Shown here piece by piece: positions 11,301 to 20,132 of a stretch of DNA of 64,000 nt (the first letter of the stretch is position 1; every line of letters begins with the position of its first letter). Both the position numbers and the translations under genes were made by a program. Location of the stretch: assembly GCA_963824525.1 (NCBI GenBank), contig CAWGPI010000004.1:458222-522221 (forward strand), written 5' to 3'. The DNA comes from an uncultured Gammaproteobacteria bacterium. GTDB lineage: Bacteria > Pseudomonadota > Gammaproteobacteria > Xanthomonadales > Rhodanobacteraceae. The notes beneath the pieces were generated by a model. The model was not told the DNA's origin. It made no database searches and saw nothing but the letters and a program-made list of their open reading frames with translations.

Positions 11301-12034
11301 TCCAGCCATTGCTGTCGTGCGGCGGCTTCAGCCGCGCTCAGTGCTTCGACGCCGCGAGTGAATTCACTGAGCGCGCGTGGGGGATCGGGCAGTGGCCTGC
11401 CATCCAGGCGCAAGCTTTGCAGCGGCTGGCGGAGCAGGGGGCGCAGCGCCTTCAGCAGCGAGGGCGGATCTTTCCACCAGTGCGAGGCGACCGCCGCACC
11501 GTGGCGGTCGAGTGGGAAGAAGTACGTGCGCCAGTAATCACGGACAGCTTCGGCGAGCAGCTCGCTTTCGTCGATCCCGGTGTCCTGCACGAAAGCGTGG
11601 CCGCTATCGAAGGCGTGTTGGCCAAGCATGCGCTGGCACCAGGCATGAATGGTGTGGATAGCCGCTTCGTCCATCCACTGCGCGGCCAGCTCGAGTTGCC
11701 TGGCGGCGCTTGCGCGCGCATCAGCATCGGGATAGGCAGCGATGAGTTCGCGCAGGAAGTCATCGGACGCGCGATCGTGACGGAACGCCTCGGCGGCTTC
11801 GCTCAGGCGTTCGCGAATGCGCTCGCGCAACTCGGCCGTGGCTGCCTTGGTAAAGGTGAGCACCAGGATCTGGGCAGGCAGCAATGGCTCGCCGTCAATG
11901 CGGCCGTGACCCAGCACGAGGCGCAGATATAGCGCTGCGATGGTCCACGTCTTGCCCGTGCCTGCGCTCGCCTCGATGAGCTGGATGTCGTAAAGCGGCA
12001 ACTGCAGTGGTTGGAGCGGTGCGCTGGTGCTCAC
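8375..12034 (-). CDS. recB: Exodeoxyribonuclease V beta subunit
   Basis: EASAGTGKT, DEFQDTD, TIHKSKGLEY, nuclease GFIDL...IDYKSN; GTG at 12034 overlaps the recC stop (GTGA). Confidence 0.97.
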   Translation of the reverse strand: MSTSAPLQPLQLPLYDIQLIEASAGTGKTWTIAALYLRLVLGHGRIDGEPLLPAQILVLTFTKAATAELRERIRERLSEAAEAFRHDRASDDFLRELIAAYPDADARASAARQLELAAQWMDEAAIHTIHAWCQRMLGQHAFDSGHAFVQDTGIDESELLAEAVRDYWRTYFFPLDRHGAAVASHWWKDPPSLLKALRPLLRQPLQSLRLDGRPLPDPPRALSEFTRGVEALSAAEAAARQQWLENVEPIETMFAVALESGALNGNKMRREKVVAELALLRQWSLGLADASETLPRYTQSALAAAKNKNAAPLIHDAFVAVEACATTQKSLAALQATMLAHAATWVAQRLEHTKQRRAQLGFDDMLKRLDDALHSHAGARLADTIATQYPIALIDEFQDTDPLQWRIFRRIYAGRASTGLLLIGDPKQAIYGFRGADIHTYLRARATAQQPTWTLDTNYRSTRALVSAVNRIFEHADTHAEGAFGFGHGSSALPFHPVAARGRSDRLVLDGQPLPPMQLAVEDRPETISASAYVDLMARHAAAYLVQLLTAAADGRCGFMGQDDQITPLKPGDIAILVRNGTEAARVRAEMQRRGLKSVYLSDRDSVYASAEAADLLRWLQACADPGSDRSMRAALATPTLGQSDAALDRLNLDEHHWEACGERFRQLHVTWQRHGVLAMLHDLLHAFDLPAHLLAQPDGERALTNLLHLAELLQHAAASLDGDHALIRYLAAQMATAVDPLADTAEEQIVRLESEAALIKVVTIHKSKGLEYPLVLLPFICSAREVKREDSFLWHDAEGEPQMDLRADDAARALADRERLQEDLRLLYVALTRARYACWLGIAGVGGARTTPLHKSAFGHVLSGGEAIQPGELMHRLDTLRGGHPDLSIETLLQPEQHLLKTSEGDITPLWDARTYTGGAQERWWVASYSSLKYAEGELVSISAPETATQDVLVELGNEQPAMAEFLPTHAQGMHAFHAGAEAGTFLHDLLEWAADEGFAAIADDASGLEKEIARRCQRRGWQADIPLLSRWMPAMLRTPLALPDGASASLAGVDGYYAEMEFWFEAQHVDTLALDRLVTEHSLNGQSRTPLLPERINGLLKGFIDLIVEYQGRYYVIDYKSNKLGNDASAYTPTAMRESILRERYDLQYAIYTLALHRQLRARLPGYDYDRHMGGVAYLYLRGIDGAGHGVHQERLPRALIDAMDRLFATGAHAHAA

Positions 12035-15000
12035 GCGAGGTCTCCCAGCGAGGCAACATCCATCAGGGGGCGATAGAGCTCCAGCCACGCCGTAAATCCC
12101 GCGGCTTCCATGCGGGCGAAGCTTGGCCACGCGCGAGCGAGGCAGGCGTCCTCCTCGACTTCGCCGGGAATCTGGCTGAAGCCGCTGCCTTCGTAGGCGA
12201 GTTCGGCCTGCTTGCGGGCCTTGTTCTCGTCCTGGGCATGCTGCAGCCAGGCATACGCGGCCTTGCGGGCGATCGGCAACGGCGCGTTCATGCCTTCGCG
12301 CAGTGCTGCCAGCAGGTGGTTGGTCCAGGCAACCGCTTCGGCTTTATCCAGAACGCGAAGCATCACTTGCGCATCCGCGCCAATGACGCGCGTCTGCAGG
12401 CGCAGGCCGTGGGCGTGAGCAAGCAGGTGGATCAGCCAGGCGCCGATCAGCTTGTCATGGCGAAGACCACCATCCTTTTGCCGCAGTTTTCCGGAGGCAA
12501 GCTCCAGGCGAACGAAGGCTGTCTCGTCACCCACACGCAGATCAGTCAGCCAGTCCTCGATGCCGACACCGTGCGCGGTGTACTGCAGCTCGATCTTGTC
12601 GGCAGCCTGCGGCCAGCGCCGGCAGGCCGCCAGCCAGGTGGCGGCGAGTTCACGGGTGTCCCGCGCCAAGGTCTCGCGCAGCAGTTCGCCGAATCCGCCG
12701 GGCGGCAGCGAGCCTTGTTCGGCGAGGTGGCGTGCGGCAAGGTCGACGGCTTGGCCGGCATCGTCCGCCTGCACGGCAGCACGTAGCACGGTCGCGTTGG
12801 CGACGTGGCGCTCCAGCGCGTTCAGCGCGAACGGCTCGGCATTGGCGGCTTCCTCTTCCAACTCGGTGAAGTGCACCTTCAGGCGGTGGTTGAAGAAGAA
12901 GCGCACCGGCCGGTTGAGGAAGCTTTGCAATTGGCCGATGCCGAGCCCGGCATCCGGCTCCCATTTCGCCAACGCGTTGTCGGCATGTGTAGCGATATGA
13001 GTGCGATGGGCCTGCCGCCATTCGCGCGCATAGGTGAATACATGCGTCTGCGTATCGGCGCTGAAGTATCGCCGGCTGAACGGTTGCAGGGGGTGCTCCG
13101 TCGTCATGGCCTGCATGAGCGCTTTGCCGGTCGAGGCGTCGTTTGCGTCATCGCCGTGGCGATGCCAGCCGGCGGCGACGTAGTCGCGCAGTTGGCCCAC
13201 GAGCACGGAGGGTGGCAGTACGCTGTTGTCGCGCACGTTGCGGCCCACCCAGCTGATGTACAGCGCATCGCGCGCGGAGATCAGCGCCTCGAGGAACAGG
13301 TAGCGGTCGTCTTCGCGACGGGATCGGTCGCCGGGCCGCGCGTGGCCGGGCTGCGCCATCAGGTCGAAGTCGACCGGCGCCTGGCGCCGCGGGTAATCGC
13401 CATCGTTCATGCCCAGCAGACACACCACGCGGAACGGAATGGCCCGCATCGGCATCAGCGTACCGAAGCTCACCGCGCCGCCCATGAAGCGTTGCGAGAG
13501 GCGGCTTTCATCGATCGCCTCGAGCCAATGCTCGCGCACGATGGCAAGTGGAATGGGCTGCGTAAATGCCGCGTCCGTGCAAGCTTGCTGCCAGGCGTCG
13601 AGCGCATCGCCCAGGCGTGCCAGTCGATCGCTGTCGGCCGCATCGTCGGCCGCGAAGAAGTCGCCGAGCAGCGCCTGTAGACGCTCATGCCACTGGGCCG
13701 GCGCGGCCGGTTCGCGCAGCAACTGCCAGTAGCGTTCCAGTTGATCGAAAAGCTCGGTGATCGGGCCAATCATGGCCGCGTCCAGCCCGCCCACTTCATC
13801 GTAGGGTGCGATGCCTTGCCAGGTGTCGGCATCGCCCGCGGCATAGCCGAGCAGCATGCGCTGCAGGCCGAAGCGCCAGCTGTTCTGCTCGATGCCGGGC
13901 AAGTCGAGGCTCTGCTTCTGCCTGCCGTGCAGGCCCCAGCGAATGCCGGAGCCTTCGATCCAGCGTCTCAGCGTGGGCAGTCCAGCCTCGTCGATGTCGA
14001 AGCGTGCTCGCAACGCAGGCACATCGAGCAGATCCAGCACATCGCTCACCGCGAAGCGCGAGTCTGGCAGCGAGAGCAAGTGCTCCAGCGCCACCATCAA
14101 AGGCACTGCACCACGCGACGGTTGGTCGGCCAGGGAGTAGGGCAAGTGGCGCGGGTCGTCGGGGGGCACCCTGCCAAATACTGCCTGCACATGCGGGGCG
14201 TAGGTCTGGATATCGGGCACCATCACGATCACGTCGCGCGGCGACAATGGGGTGCCTCGGCGGCGCGCGTCCTCGAACATCGCCAGCAGCTGGTCGTGGA
14301 GAATTTCCACTTCGCGCTGCGCACTGTGGGCGACGTGAAATCGCAATGAAGCATCGCCAGGGTGCCACGCCTTGCGTTGCGACGGCTGGGGCGGCAGCGG
14401 CTCCAGATCGAGAATGGCGTGCTGGATCTGACACAACAGCGTATCGCCATCGGTATCGGCGAACAGGTCGATGCTGCGGTTCCAGGCGGCGAAGCGCTGG
14501 CGATAACCCTCAGGCTTGTCGAAGGCGTCGAGTAGCCGAATGTAGTCGCGGCCCTGGCGGCCCCAGGCGGCCAGCAGTGGATTGGCGTGTAGATGGAGGT
14601 CTTCGTAGCGTGGCTCGGCCGGTAGGCCCGGCTTTCCGGCATGGCGCCGCTGGTGGGCCTTGAGCAGTTCGCGGTCCTCGATGATGTCGGCCCAGTAGTG
14701 GCGGCAGGGGTTGGCCACCAGCAGCATCACCTGACTGAAACGGGCCAGGGCGGTCAGTGCCTCGAGCGTCTGCTGCGGCAGCGAGGATATGCCGAACACC
14801 ACGATGCGTCGCGGCAAGGAGGCAGGCCGCGAAGTCATGCTGCCGATGCGATCGAGGAAGGCATGGTGGACCGCCGCGCGATGGTTGCGCCGTTCCTCAC
14901 CCACGTCGTCCAATACCAGCTGCCACAGCCGGGCCTGCCAGCGCTGGTCATCGCCCAACGGCGTATGGCGGTTGCGCAGGTCGTCGCGGAGTTGATAGCG

Positions 15001-15519
15001 GCCTTGTTCCCAATCGGCGAGCCAGTCGGCGCGATAGACCTGGTATTGGTCGAACAGATCGGCCACCCGCTCGGCGAGTTGGAAGCGCTTGCGTTCGTCC
15101 GGGTCGTCGCGGAGAAAATCGCGCAGCGGGGCGAAATCGGTTTCGTGCAGGTGTTCGGGCAGCAGTCGCAACAGTCGCCACGCCAGGCGCGATTTGTCGA
15201 ACGGCGAGGTGGTGGGCACCGCTTCGCGGCCCAGTACGCTGCGATAAGCCGCCCATAGAAACCGACCAGGCAGCTGCACGTCGATCGCGGCACTGATGCC
15301 GAGACCACCGTGGTCCGTCGGACGAGCCAGTGCCCATTTCAGCCACTGCGCGATGCCGTTGCTCTGCACCAGCATCAGCTCGTCTTCCAGCGGGCGTAGC
15401 GGCGCACGGGCCAGCCAGGCCGTCAGAAGGTCACGCAGGTCCTCCATGCGATTGCCATGGATAACCATCAGGCCCGGTTCGACGGGCGATTCAAGAGGCA
15501 AGTCCAGGGTGTGGCTCAC
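12031..15519 (-). CDS. recC: Exodeoxyribonuclease V gamma subunit (start placed at GTG 15519; ORF open to 15639)
   Basis: IHGNRMEDL, LVQSNGIAQWL, ANPCRHYW, REVEILHD, HPLQPF; upstream of recB. Confidence 0.95.
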   Translation of the reverse strand: MSHTLDLPLESPVEPGLMVIHGNRMEDLRDLLTAWLARAPLRPLEDELMLVQSNGIAQWLKWALARPTDHGGLGISAAIDVQLPGRFLWAAYRSVLGREAVPTTSPFDKSRLAWRLLRLLPEHLHETDFAPLRDFLRDDPDERKRFQLAERVADLFDQYQVYRADWLADWEQGRYQLRDDLRNRHTPLGDDQRWQARLWQLVLDDVGEERRNHRAAVHHAFLDRIGSMTSRPASLPRRIVVFGISSLPQQTLEALTALARFSQVMLLVANPCRHYWADIIEDRELLKAHQRRHAGKPGLPAEPRYEDLHLHANPLLAAWGRQGRDYIRLLDAFDKPEGYRQRFAAWNRSIDLFADTDGDTLLCQIQHAILDLEPLPPQPSQRKAWHPGDASLRFHVAHSAQREVEILHDQLLAMFEDARRRGTPLSPRDVIVMVPDIQTYAPHVQAVFGRVPPDDPRHLPYSLADQPSRGAVPLMVALEHLLSLPDSRFAVSDVLDLLDVPALRARFDIDEAGLPTLRRWIEGSGIRWGLHGRQKQSLDLPGIEQNSWRFGLQRMLLGYAAGDADTWQGIAPYDEVGGLDAAMIGPITELFDQLERYWQLLREPAAPAQWHERLQALLGDFFAADDAADSDRLARLGDALDAWQQACTDAAFTQPIPLAIVREHWLEAIDESRLSQRFMGGAVSFGTLMPMRAIPFRVVCLLGMNDGDYPRRQAPVDFDLMAQPGHARPGDRSRREDDRYLFLEALISARDALYISWVGRNVRDNSVLPPSVLVGQLRDYVAAGWHRHGDDANDASTGKALMQAMTTEHPLQPFSRRYFSADTQTHVFTYAREWRQAHRTHIATHADNALAKWEPDAGLGIGQLQSFLNRPVRFFFNHRLKVHFTELEEEAANAEPFALNALERHVANATVLRAAVQADDAGQAVDLAARHLAEQGSLPPGGFGELLRETLARDTRELAATWLAACRRWPQAADKIELQYTAHGVGIEDWLTDLRVGDETAFVRLELASGKLRQKDGGLRHDKLIGAWLIHLLAHAHGLRLQTRVIGADAQVMLRVLDKAEAVAWTNHLLAALREGMNAPLPIARKAAYAWLQHAQDENKARKQAELAYEGSGFSQIPGEVEEDACLARAWPSFARMEAAGFTAWLELYRPLMDVASLGDLA

Positions 15520-15813
15520 GGTAGGCAGGGGGCGGCTTTGCTCATGGGGGCATTCTCGCCGAGCGGCTGGAGGAAGTCCCGCATCCTGCCCGTTTGCTTT
15601 CTCACCGAGCGAGAAAGCAGCAGGCCTGGCGGGGAGCAACGCCTTGCCGCCCGGCGCGTGCAGTTGATCGCGTCAAGGCAAGCATCGGTACGGCGACTTG
15701 GCGTGCCGGCTTCTGCCCATCCAGCACGAGGGGTTTTACGTGATTTCAGATAAGTCTTATGGAGGCGGTCAGTGGCGTGCCGCACACTTGCGCCCAGCCT
15801 TACGAGAGTGATG

Positions 15814-16090
15814 CCGGGTCAGGCGGCTCTGACCCGGGGCGGTCAGCCCTCGGTGTGGTGGCGAGTTTCAAGGAGCCTCCTGCAAAGGGGGAGCGTGCCG
15901 CGAGGCACGCGCCAGGGTCCGTAACGGAGTGCGGACGCGCAGGGTGGCCATCCGTCCAGGAGGGACGGCCCACCCAATTTCCCAGCGCGCTGGAATGGCT
16001 ACACATGAGTCCGGCTCCCTGAGCATCCCTGTGCATGACCACGATCGTTCTGGTGGTCGATCCATCGAGCCCTGCCACGGCTCACCTTCG
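15814..16090. ncRNA. Candidate multi-branch structured non-coding RNA (family not recognised; + strand slightly favoured)
   Basis: Consecutive stems: CCGGGTCAG/CTGACCCGG (15814-37); closing stem TCAAGGAGCC/GGCTCCCTGA (15868-77/16013-22) enclosing TCCT-GCAA-AGGG, GCGTGCC-GCGA-GGCACGC, GTCCGTA-ACGGAG-TGCGGAC, GGGTGG..CCGTCC-AGGAG-GGACGG..CCACCC and CCAG-CGCG-CTGG; then GACCAC/GTGGTC (16037-58). No credible ORF. Confidence 0.55.
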
Positions 16091-16189
16091 TCGATGCGAT
16101 ACGCATGCGTCGATTTAGAAACGTCGTCGTTCAGCTCGGGGCGATGCCTCCGGGGGGCGGTGCTTTGAACACCGCGCGCCCGGGCTCGG

Positions 16190-16642
16190 TCAGTTGCGCA
16201 ACGTGACCGCCGGCATGTCGACCATGCTTGCCACCACGCTGGCTCCGGCCATCGATCGATCGGCACGTTCCAGCGCACTGCATGCCGATTCGGCGGCGTA
16301 GCGCATGAGATAGGCGAGGTGCGCGCGATACTGCGAACCGATGCCGTGGGCGCGGATCATGCCGGCAGCTTCGGCCAGGCATTCGAGATCAGAGTAGGCC
16401 CGATCCAGGTCGGTACTGATGGAGCACTGCGCGAAAGCGTGGGCAACGGCGGCGTCATGCAGGCGGGCGCCGACCACGTCCTCTACCAGCTTGGCTGCCT
16501 GGCGCGCGGCGAACACCAGTACGTCGGCGGCCGCATGCGAGAGTTCGCTGTCGGACACCGCGCGGTCTGTCAGTTCTACCAAGCTGCGCGTGACCGTAAG
16601 CAGTTGCGTCACGGGATACGCCGTAGCGTCGCTCTGACTCAT
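16190..16642 (-). CDS. Hypothetical alpha-helical protein (~150 aa) with internal repeat
   Basis: Ala/Leu-rich protein-like composition; GGGGGA/GGGA upstream of ATG 16642; no family motif recognised. Confidence 0.7.
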   Translation of the reverse strand: MSQSDATAYPVTQLLTVTRSLVELTDRAVSDSELSHAAADVLVFAARQAAKLVEDVVGARLHDAAVAHAFAQCSISTDLDRAYSDLECLAEAAGMIRAHGIGSQYRAHLAYLMRYAAESACSALERADRSMAGASVVASMVDMPAVTLRN

Positions 16643-17033
16643 GATCCCGATCCCCCCGGAGAAATTGATCGCGCATTCTCCACCGAGGCGGGCCATTTGT
16701 GTATCGGAAAATTCGGTCAATCAGCCGGAGGTGGGTGATGGCCCGAGGGCCGCGGGCCAGACACGCTGGCGCAGGAGCCCCACGTTGCCCCGAGTCGGCC
16801 GCGTGGCTTGCCGCTGAAGCCTTGGCCCTGTCTGGGCGGTCAATGGCTTTCGTAAATTCGATAGCTGGCTTCAATCGGAGGACGGTGCGTACCGGCGGGG
16901 CGGGCCTGGTGGGCCGCAAGCAGGAACGCTTGGTTGTGGATGACATCCGGTCCAGCGAGAGGCTGGACCGGATGTCGTCTAACGTGGCGGGCACGCGTTC
17001 GGGCGGCCGGAAGGCAGGCGAGACCGCGCTTGG

Positions 17034-19302
17034 CTAGATTTGCTGGGCTGCCACTCGGCCCAGCTTCACGCGGGACCGCCCAAGCAGCTTCAGCGCAAAG
17101 GTCGCCAGGCAAACGACGCCCAGGGTGAACACGATGTCGCCGGGAACGCGCAGCCAGACGAAGGCCTGCATGAGCGGGGAGTGCACGACCTCAGGCGAAC
17201 GCGCATACCACAGGCCGTATTCCACGCTCGTCCAGGCCTGGTAGATACCCGAAGGCACCAGGGACAGGAAGACCATCATGGCCAGGCCGATATTGAGCAG
17301 CCAGAACATCGGCTTCAGCCACCCGTCGGACCAGTTCCCGCTCGGCGCCAGGCCGCGCAGGCAGAACAACGTCAGGCCGATGCCAAGCATGCCGTAGACG
17401 CCGAACAGGGCCGCATGGCCGTGCGCGGGGGTCAGGTTCAGGCCTTGCACGTAGTACAGCGAAATGGGCGGATTGATGGTGAAACCAAGCAGGCCGGCGC
17501 CCGACTGTGTTCCAGAAGCCTACGGCGATGAAACACAGGATGGTCCACTTGTACGAAGCGACCCATGGCGCCGCCTTGCTGCGCTGATAGTTGCGATAAC
17601 CCTCAAAACCCACGAGGGCCAGCGGCACGACTTCGAGCGCAGAGAACATCGCGCCGAACGCGATCACCGCGGTGGGCGTGCCGGTGAAGTAGAGGTGGTG
17701 CAGGGTGCCGAGAATGCCGCCGAACAGGAACACGATGGTTTCGAGCACGATCGCCGTGTTCGCCGTTGCTGCGCGGATCAGGCCAAGGCGCGAGAAGATA
17801 AGCGCAATGACCGCGGTGGCGAAGACCTCGAAGAAACCTTCCACCCACAGGTGAACCAGCCACCAGCGCCAGTACTCGATCATGGAGTAGTGCGTGCGTT
17901 CTCCCCAGACCAGGGAGGTCGCGTAGAACAGGCCGATGCAGGTGGCGGCGACGAAGACCATGGCGATCAAGCCCCGGCTTTCCGATGGACGCATCAGTGC
18001 GGGCCACAAGGCGCGACCCATCAGCAAGAGCCAGAACATCAGGCCGATAAACAACAGGATTTGCCATACACGCCCCATGCTGGTGTACGCCAGGCCCTGG
18101 TTGCCGAACCAGAACGCGTAGTGGAAGCCCAACTTCTGCATGGTGCCGATCCAGCCGCAAAGCAGCGAGCCGACCACGACAAAGACCAGCGCGCCAAGCA
18201 GCACGTTGACACCGAGCCGTTGGTATTTCGGCTCATGCCCCGAGAGTGCCGGGCCGATATACAAGCCGGTGGCCAACCATGCGGTAGCGATCCACAGCAC
18301 CGCCAGCTGGGTATGAATCGTTCTGCTGGCGACGAAAGGAAGGATCGAGGCCAACGGAATGCCGAAGAAGCTCTGTCCTTCCACCGCGTAGTGGGCGGTG
18401 ATCACGCCCATGGAAATTTGCAGCAGCATGAGAGCGATCACGACGTAGAAGTACTTCATCGTTGCGCGCATGGAAGGGGTCGGCTTCAGGTCGAACAGCG
18501 GGTCCGATTTAGGTGCCACGGGATCGGTTTCTTCATGATGCGTCACGTGATACCAGACCATGCCGGCGATGCAGGCGATCAGGCCGATGATGCTGGCGAT
18601 GGACCACATGCCATTGGCGGTGCTGGGGACGTTGTCGACCAACGGCTCGTGCGGCCAGTTGCTGGTGTACGACAGATGCGCTTCGCCGGGGCGGTTGGTC
18701 ACGGCCGACCAGGATGACCAGAAGAAGAACGCGGGCAGGGCTTGCAGATCCTCGGCTTGCGTCAGCGAGCCGGGCATCATCGCGTACTGCTCGCGCAGCT
18801 TGTCCAGGGCCGGGTCATTGCCGAACAGCCCTTCGTAGTGGCGAGCCACTTCTTCAACCGCGGCGGCTCGATCGGCGCTTAGCGTCAGCGTGCCTGTGGC
18901 ACTGTCGTAAGTATTGGCGCGCATCACGGTCTTTAGCCGATGGCCGAGTGCGCCTTGCTCTTCCGCGTCGAGCTGGTCGAACGACGCGTCATGGCGTTGT
19001 TGCGCCCAGAGCTCGCGAAGCGAGAGCGCTTCCCGGTGCAGCCAGTCGGCGGACCAGTCGGGCGCGATATAGCTGCCGTGGCCCCACACGGTGCCCAACT
19101 GCTGGCCGCCCGCCTGAAACCAGGCTTGCTGGCCTCGCTCGATCTGTTCGCCAGTAAAGATCACCCGGCCATCGGGCGCCACCACCTGCTTGGGAATGGG
19201 GGGCGCTGCCAGGTAGATTTCTCGCCCAAGCCATCCCAGGACGGCGAAGGACGCAAAGAACATGATGGCGAGCCAGCGCCACAGTTTCCGCGTGGATTGC
19301 AT
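17034..19302 (-). CDS. norZ: Quinol-dependent nitric oxide reductase (qNor), one apparent frameshift near 17501
   Basis: GTVWGHGSYIAPDWSADWLHRE, YTSNWP, WWLVHLWVEGFFEVFAT, GTLHH, AHGHAALFGVYG; an extra C in the run at 17500-17502 breaks FWNTVG|AGLLGFTINPP. Confidence 0.93.
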
Positions 19303-19340
19303 CGGTTTTCTCCTGCTTGAAGATGGATCGGAGCACTAAA

Positions 19341-19363
19341 AATATGTATGAAAAATGCAACTT
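19341..19363. promoter_or_regulatory. NsrR operator 1 of the qNor gene
   Basis: AATATGTATGA-A-AAATGCAACTT resembles the 11-1-11 NsrR consensus AAGATGYATTT-N-AAATRCATCTT. Confidence 0.7.
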
Positions 19364-19369
19364 ATAAGA

Positions 19370-19392
19370 TAGATGTATTCGATATCCATGTT
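19370..19392. promoter_or_regulatory. NsrR operator 2 of the qNor gene
   Basis: TAGATGTATTC-G-ATATCCATGTT, 11-1-11 imperfect palindrome. Confidence 0.7.
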
Positions 19393-19401
19393 TTAGATCA
19401 A
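19388..19401 (-). promoter_or_regulatory. FNR-family box upstream of qNor
   Basis: Minus strand TTGAT-CTAA-AACAT; TAAGTT -10-like hexamer at 19364-19359 fits class II (-41.5) spacing. Confidence 0.55.
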
Positions 19402-19444
19402 TCTCTGAGATGCCGATCAGATCGGCGCGAAGGGGGCTTGTTGT

Positions 19445-19879
19445 TCAGGCGATCTGCAGTAGTGCTGCGAGGTGGCGTGGCTTGATGATGAGGTCGGCCA
19501 GCGTGTAGTTGTCCAATACCTTGTACATGGCCTCCATGGCTTCGCCGAGGATGCCCTTCAGGCGGCAGGCGGGGGCGATGCGGCAGCAGGATGTGGCAGG
19601 GTCGAAGCATTCCACCAGAGGTATGGAGGCTTCACTGGCACGAATCAGTTCGCCGATCGAAATCGCGTCCGCTACGCGCGCGAGCTGCATGCCGCCGCCC
19701 TTGCCACGCACGGTGTCGATATAGCCCTGGCGGCTAAGCCAGTTCACGACCTTCATCAGGTGGTTGTCCGAAATACCGTAAGCATCGGCAATGTCACTGC
19801 GTGTCGTCAGTGAGTCTTCGTTGATACCGACGTACATGAGCGTGCGCAGGCAATAGTCGGTGAATACGTTCAGGCGCAT
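19445..19879 (-). CDS. nsrR: NO-sensing Rrf2 repressor NsrR
   Basis: MRLNVFTDYCLRTLMY, NHLMKVV, RGKGGG, Fe-S Cys cluster LVECF..CCRIAPAC; adjacent to qNor. Confidence 0.88.
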   Translation of the reverse strand: MRLNVFTDYCLRTLMYVGINEDSLTTRSDIADAYGISDNHLMKVVNWLSRQGYIDTVRGKGGGMQLARVADAISIGELIRASEASIPLVECFDPATSCCRIAPACRLKGILGEAMEAMYKVLDNYTLADLIIKPRHLAALLQIA

Positions 19880-19892
19880 CGGAGGGGCCATT

Positions 19893-19915
19893 AAGATGTC
19901 TACGAAATACATGTT
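19893..19915. promoter_or_regulatory. NsrR operator upstream of nsrR (probable autoregulation)
   Basis: AAGATGTCTAC-G-AAATACATGTT, 13 nt before the nsrR ATG. Confidence 0.7.
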
Positions 19916-20132
19916 ATATTGAACCGACCGCTACGAAAAGCCCTGCGTGCATGCGCCTAGCCTCGAAACATCGGCTTCCGGACGTTGGCCCCAACCGACC
20001 GGACGGGCCATTCCGGGGCGCGGCCATGACGACTGTGGCACGAGGCCGCAGGTCAGGAACCGAACGCCGCGCTGGGTAGAATGGCGCGCTCCAGCAAGAC
20101 TGTTTTCCACCAAGACCAGCCAACGCATCCTT

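Noticed and set aside
15516-15785. 89-aa ORF whose stop overlaps the proposed recC start
   Set aside because: No motif or convincing ribosome-binding site; likely chance
15814-16190. Hairpin region as a CRISPR array, REP cluster or IS end
   Set aside because: The hairpins differ in sequence, there is no repeat-spacer periodicity, and no cas or transposase gene is nearby
17034-19302. qNor as a pseudogene or programmed frameshift
   Set aside because: One extra base in a short C run, no slippery heptamer, and intact motifs and operators; sequencing error is more likely
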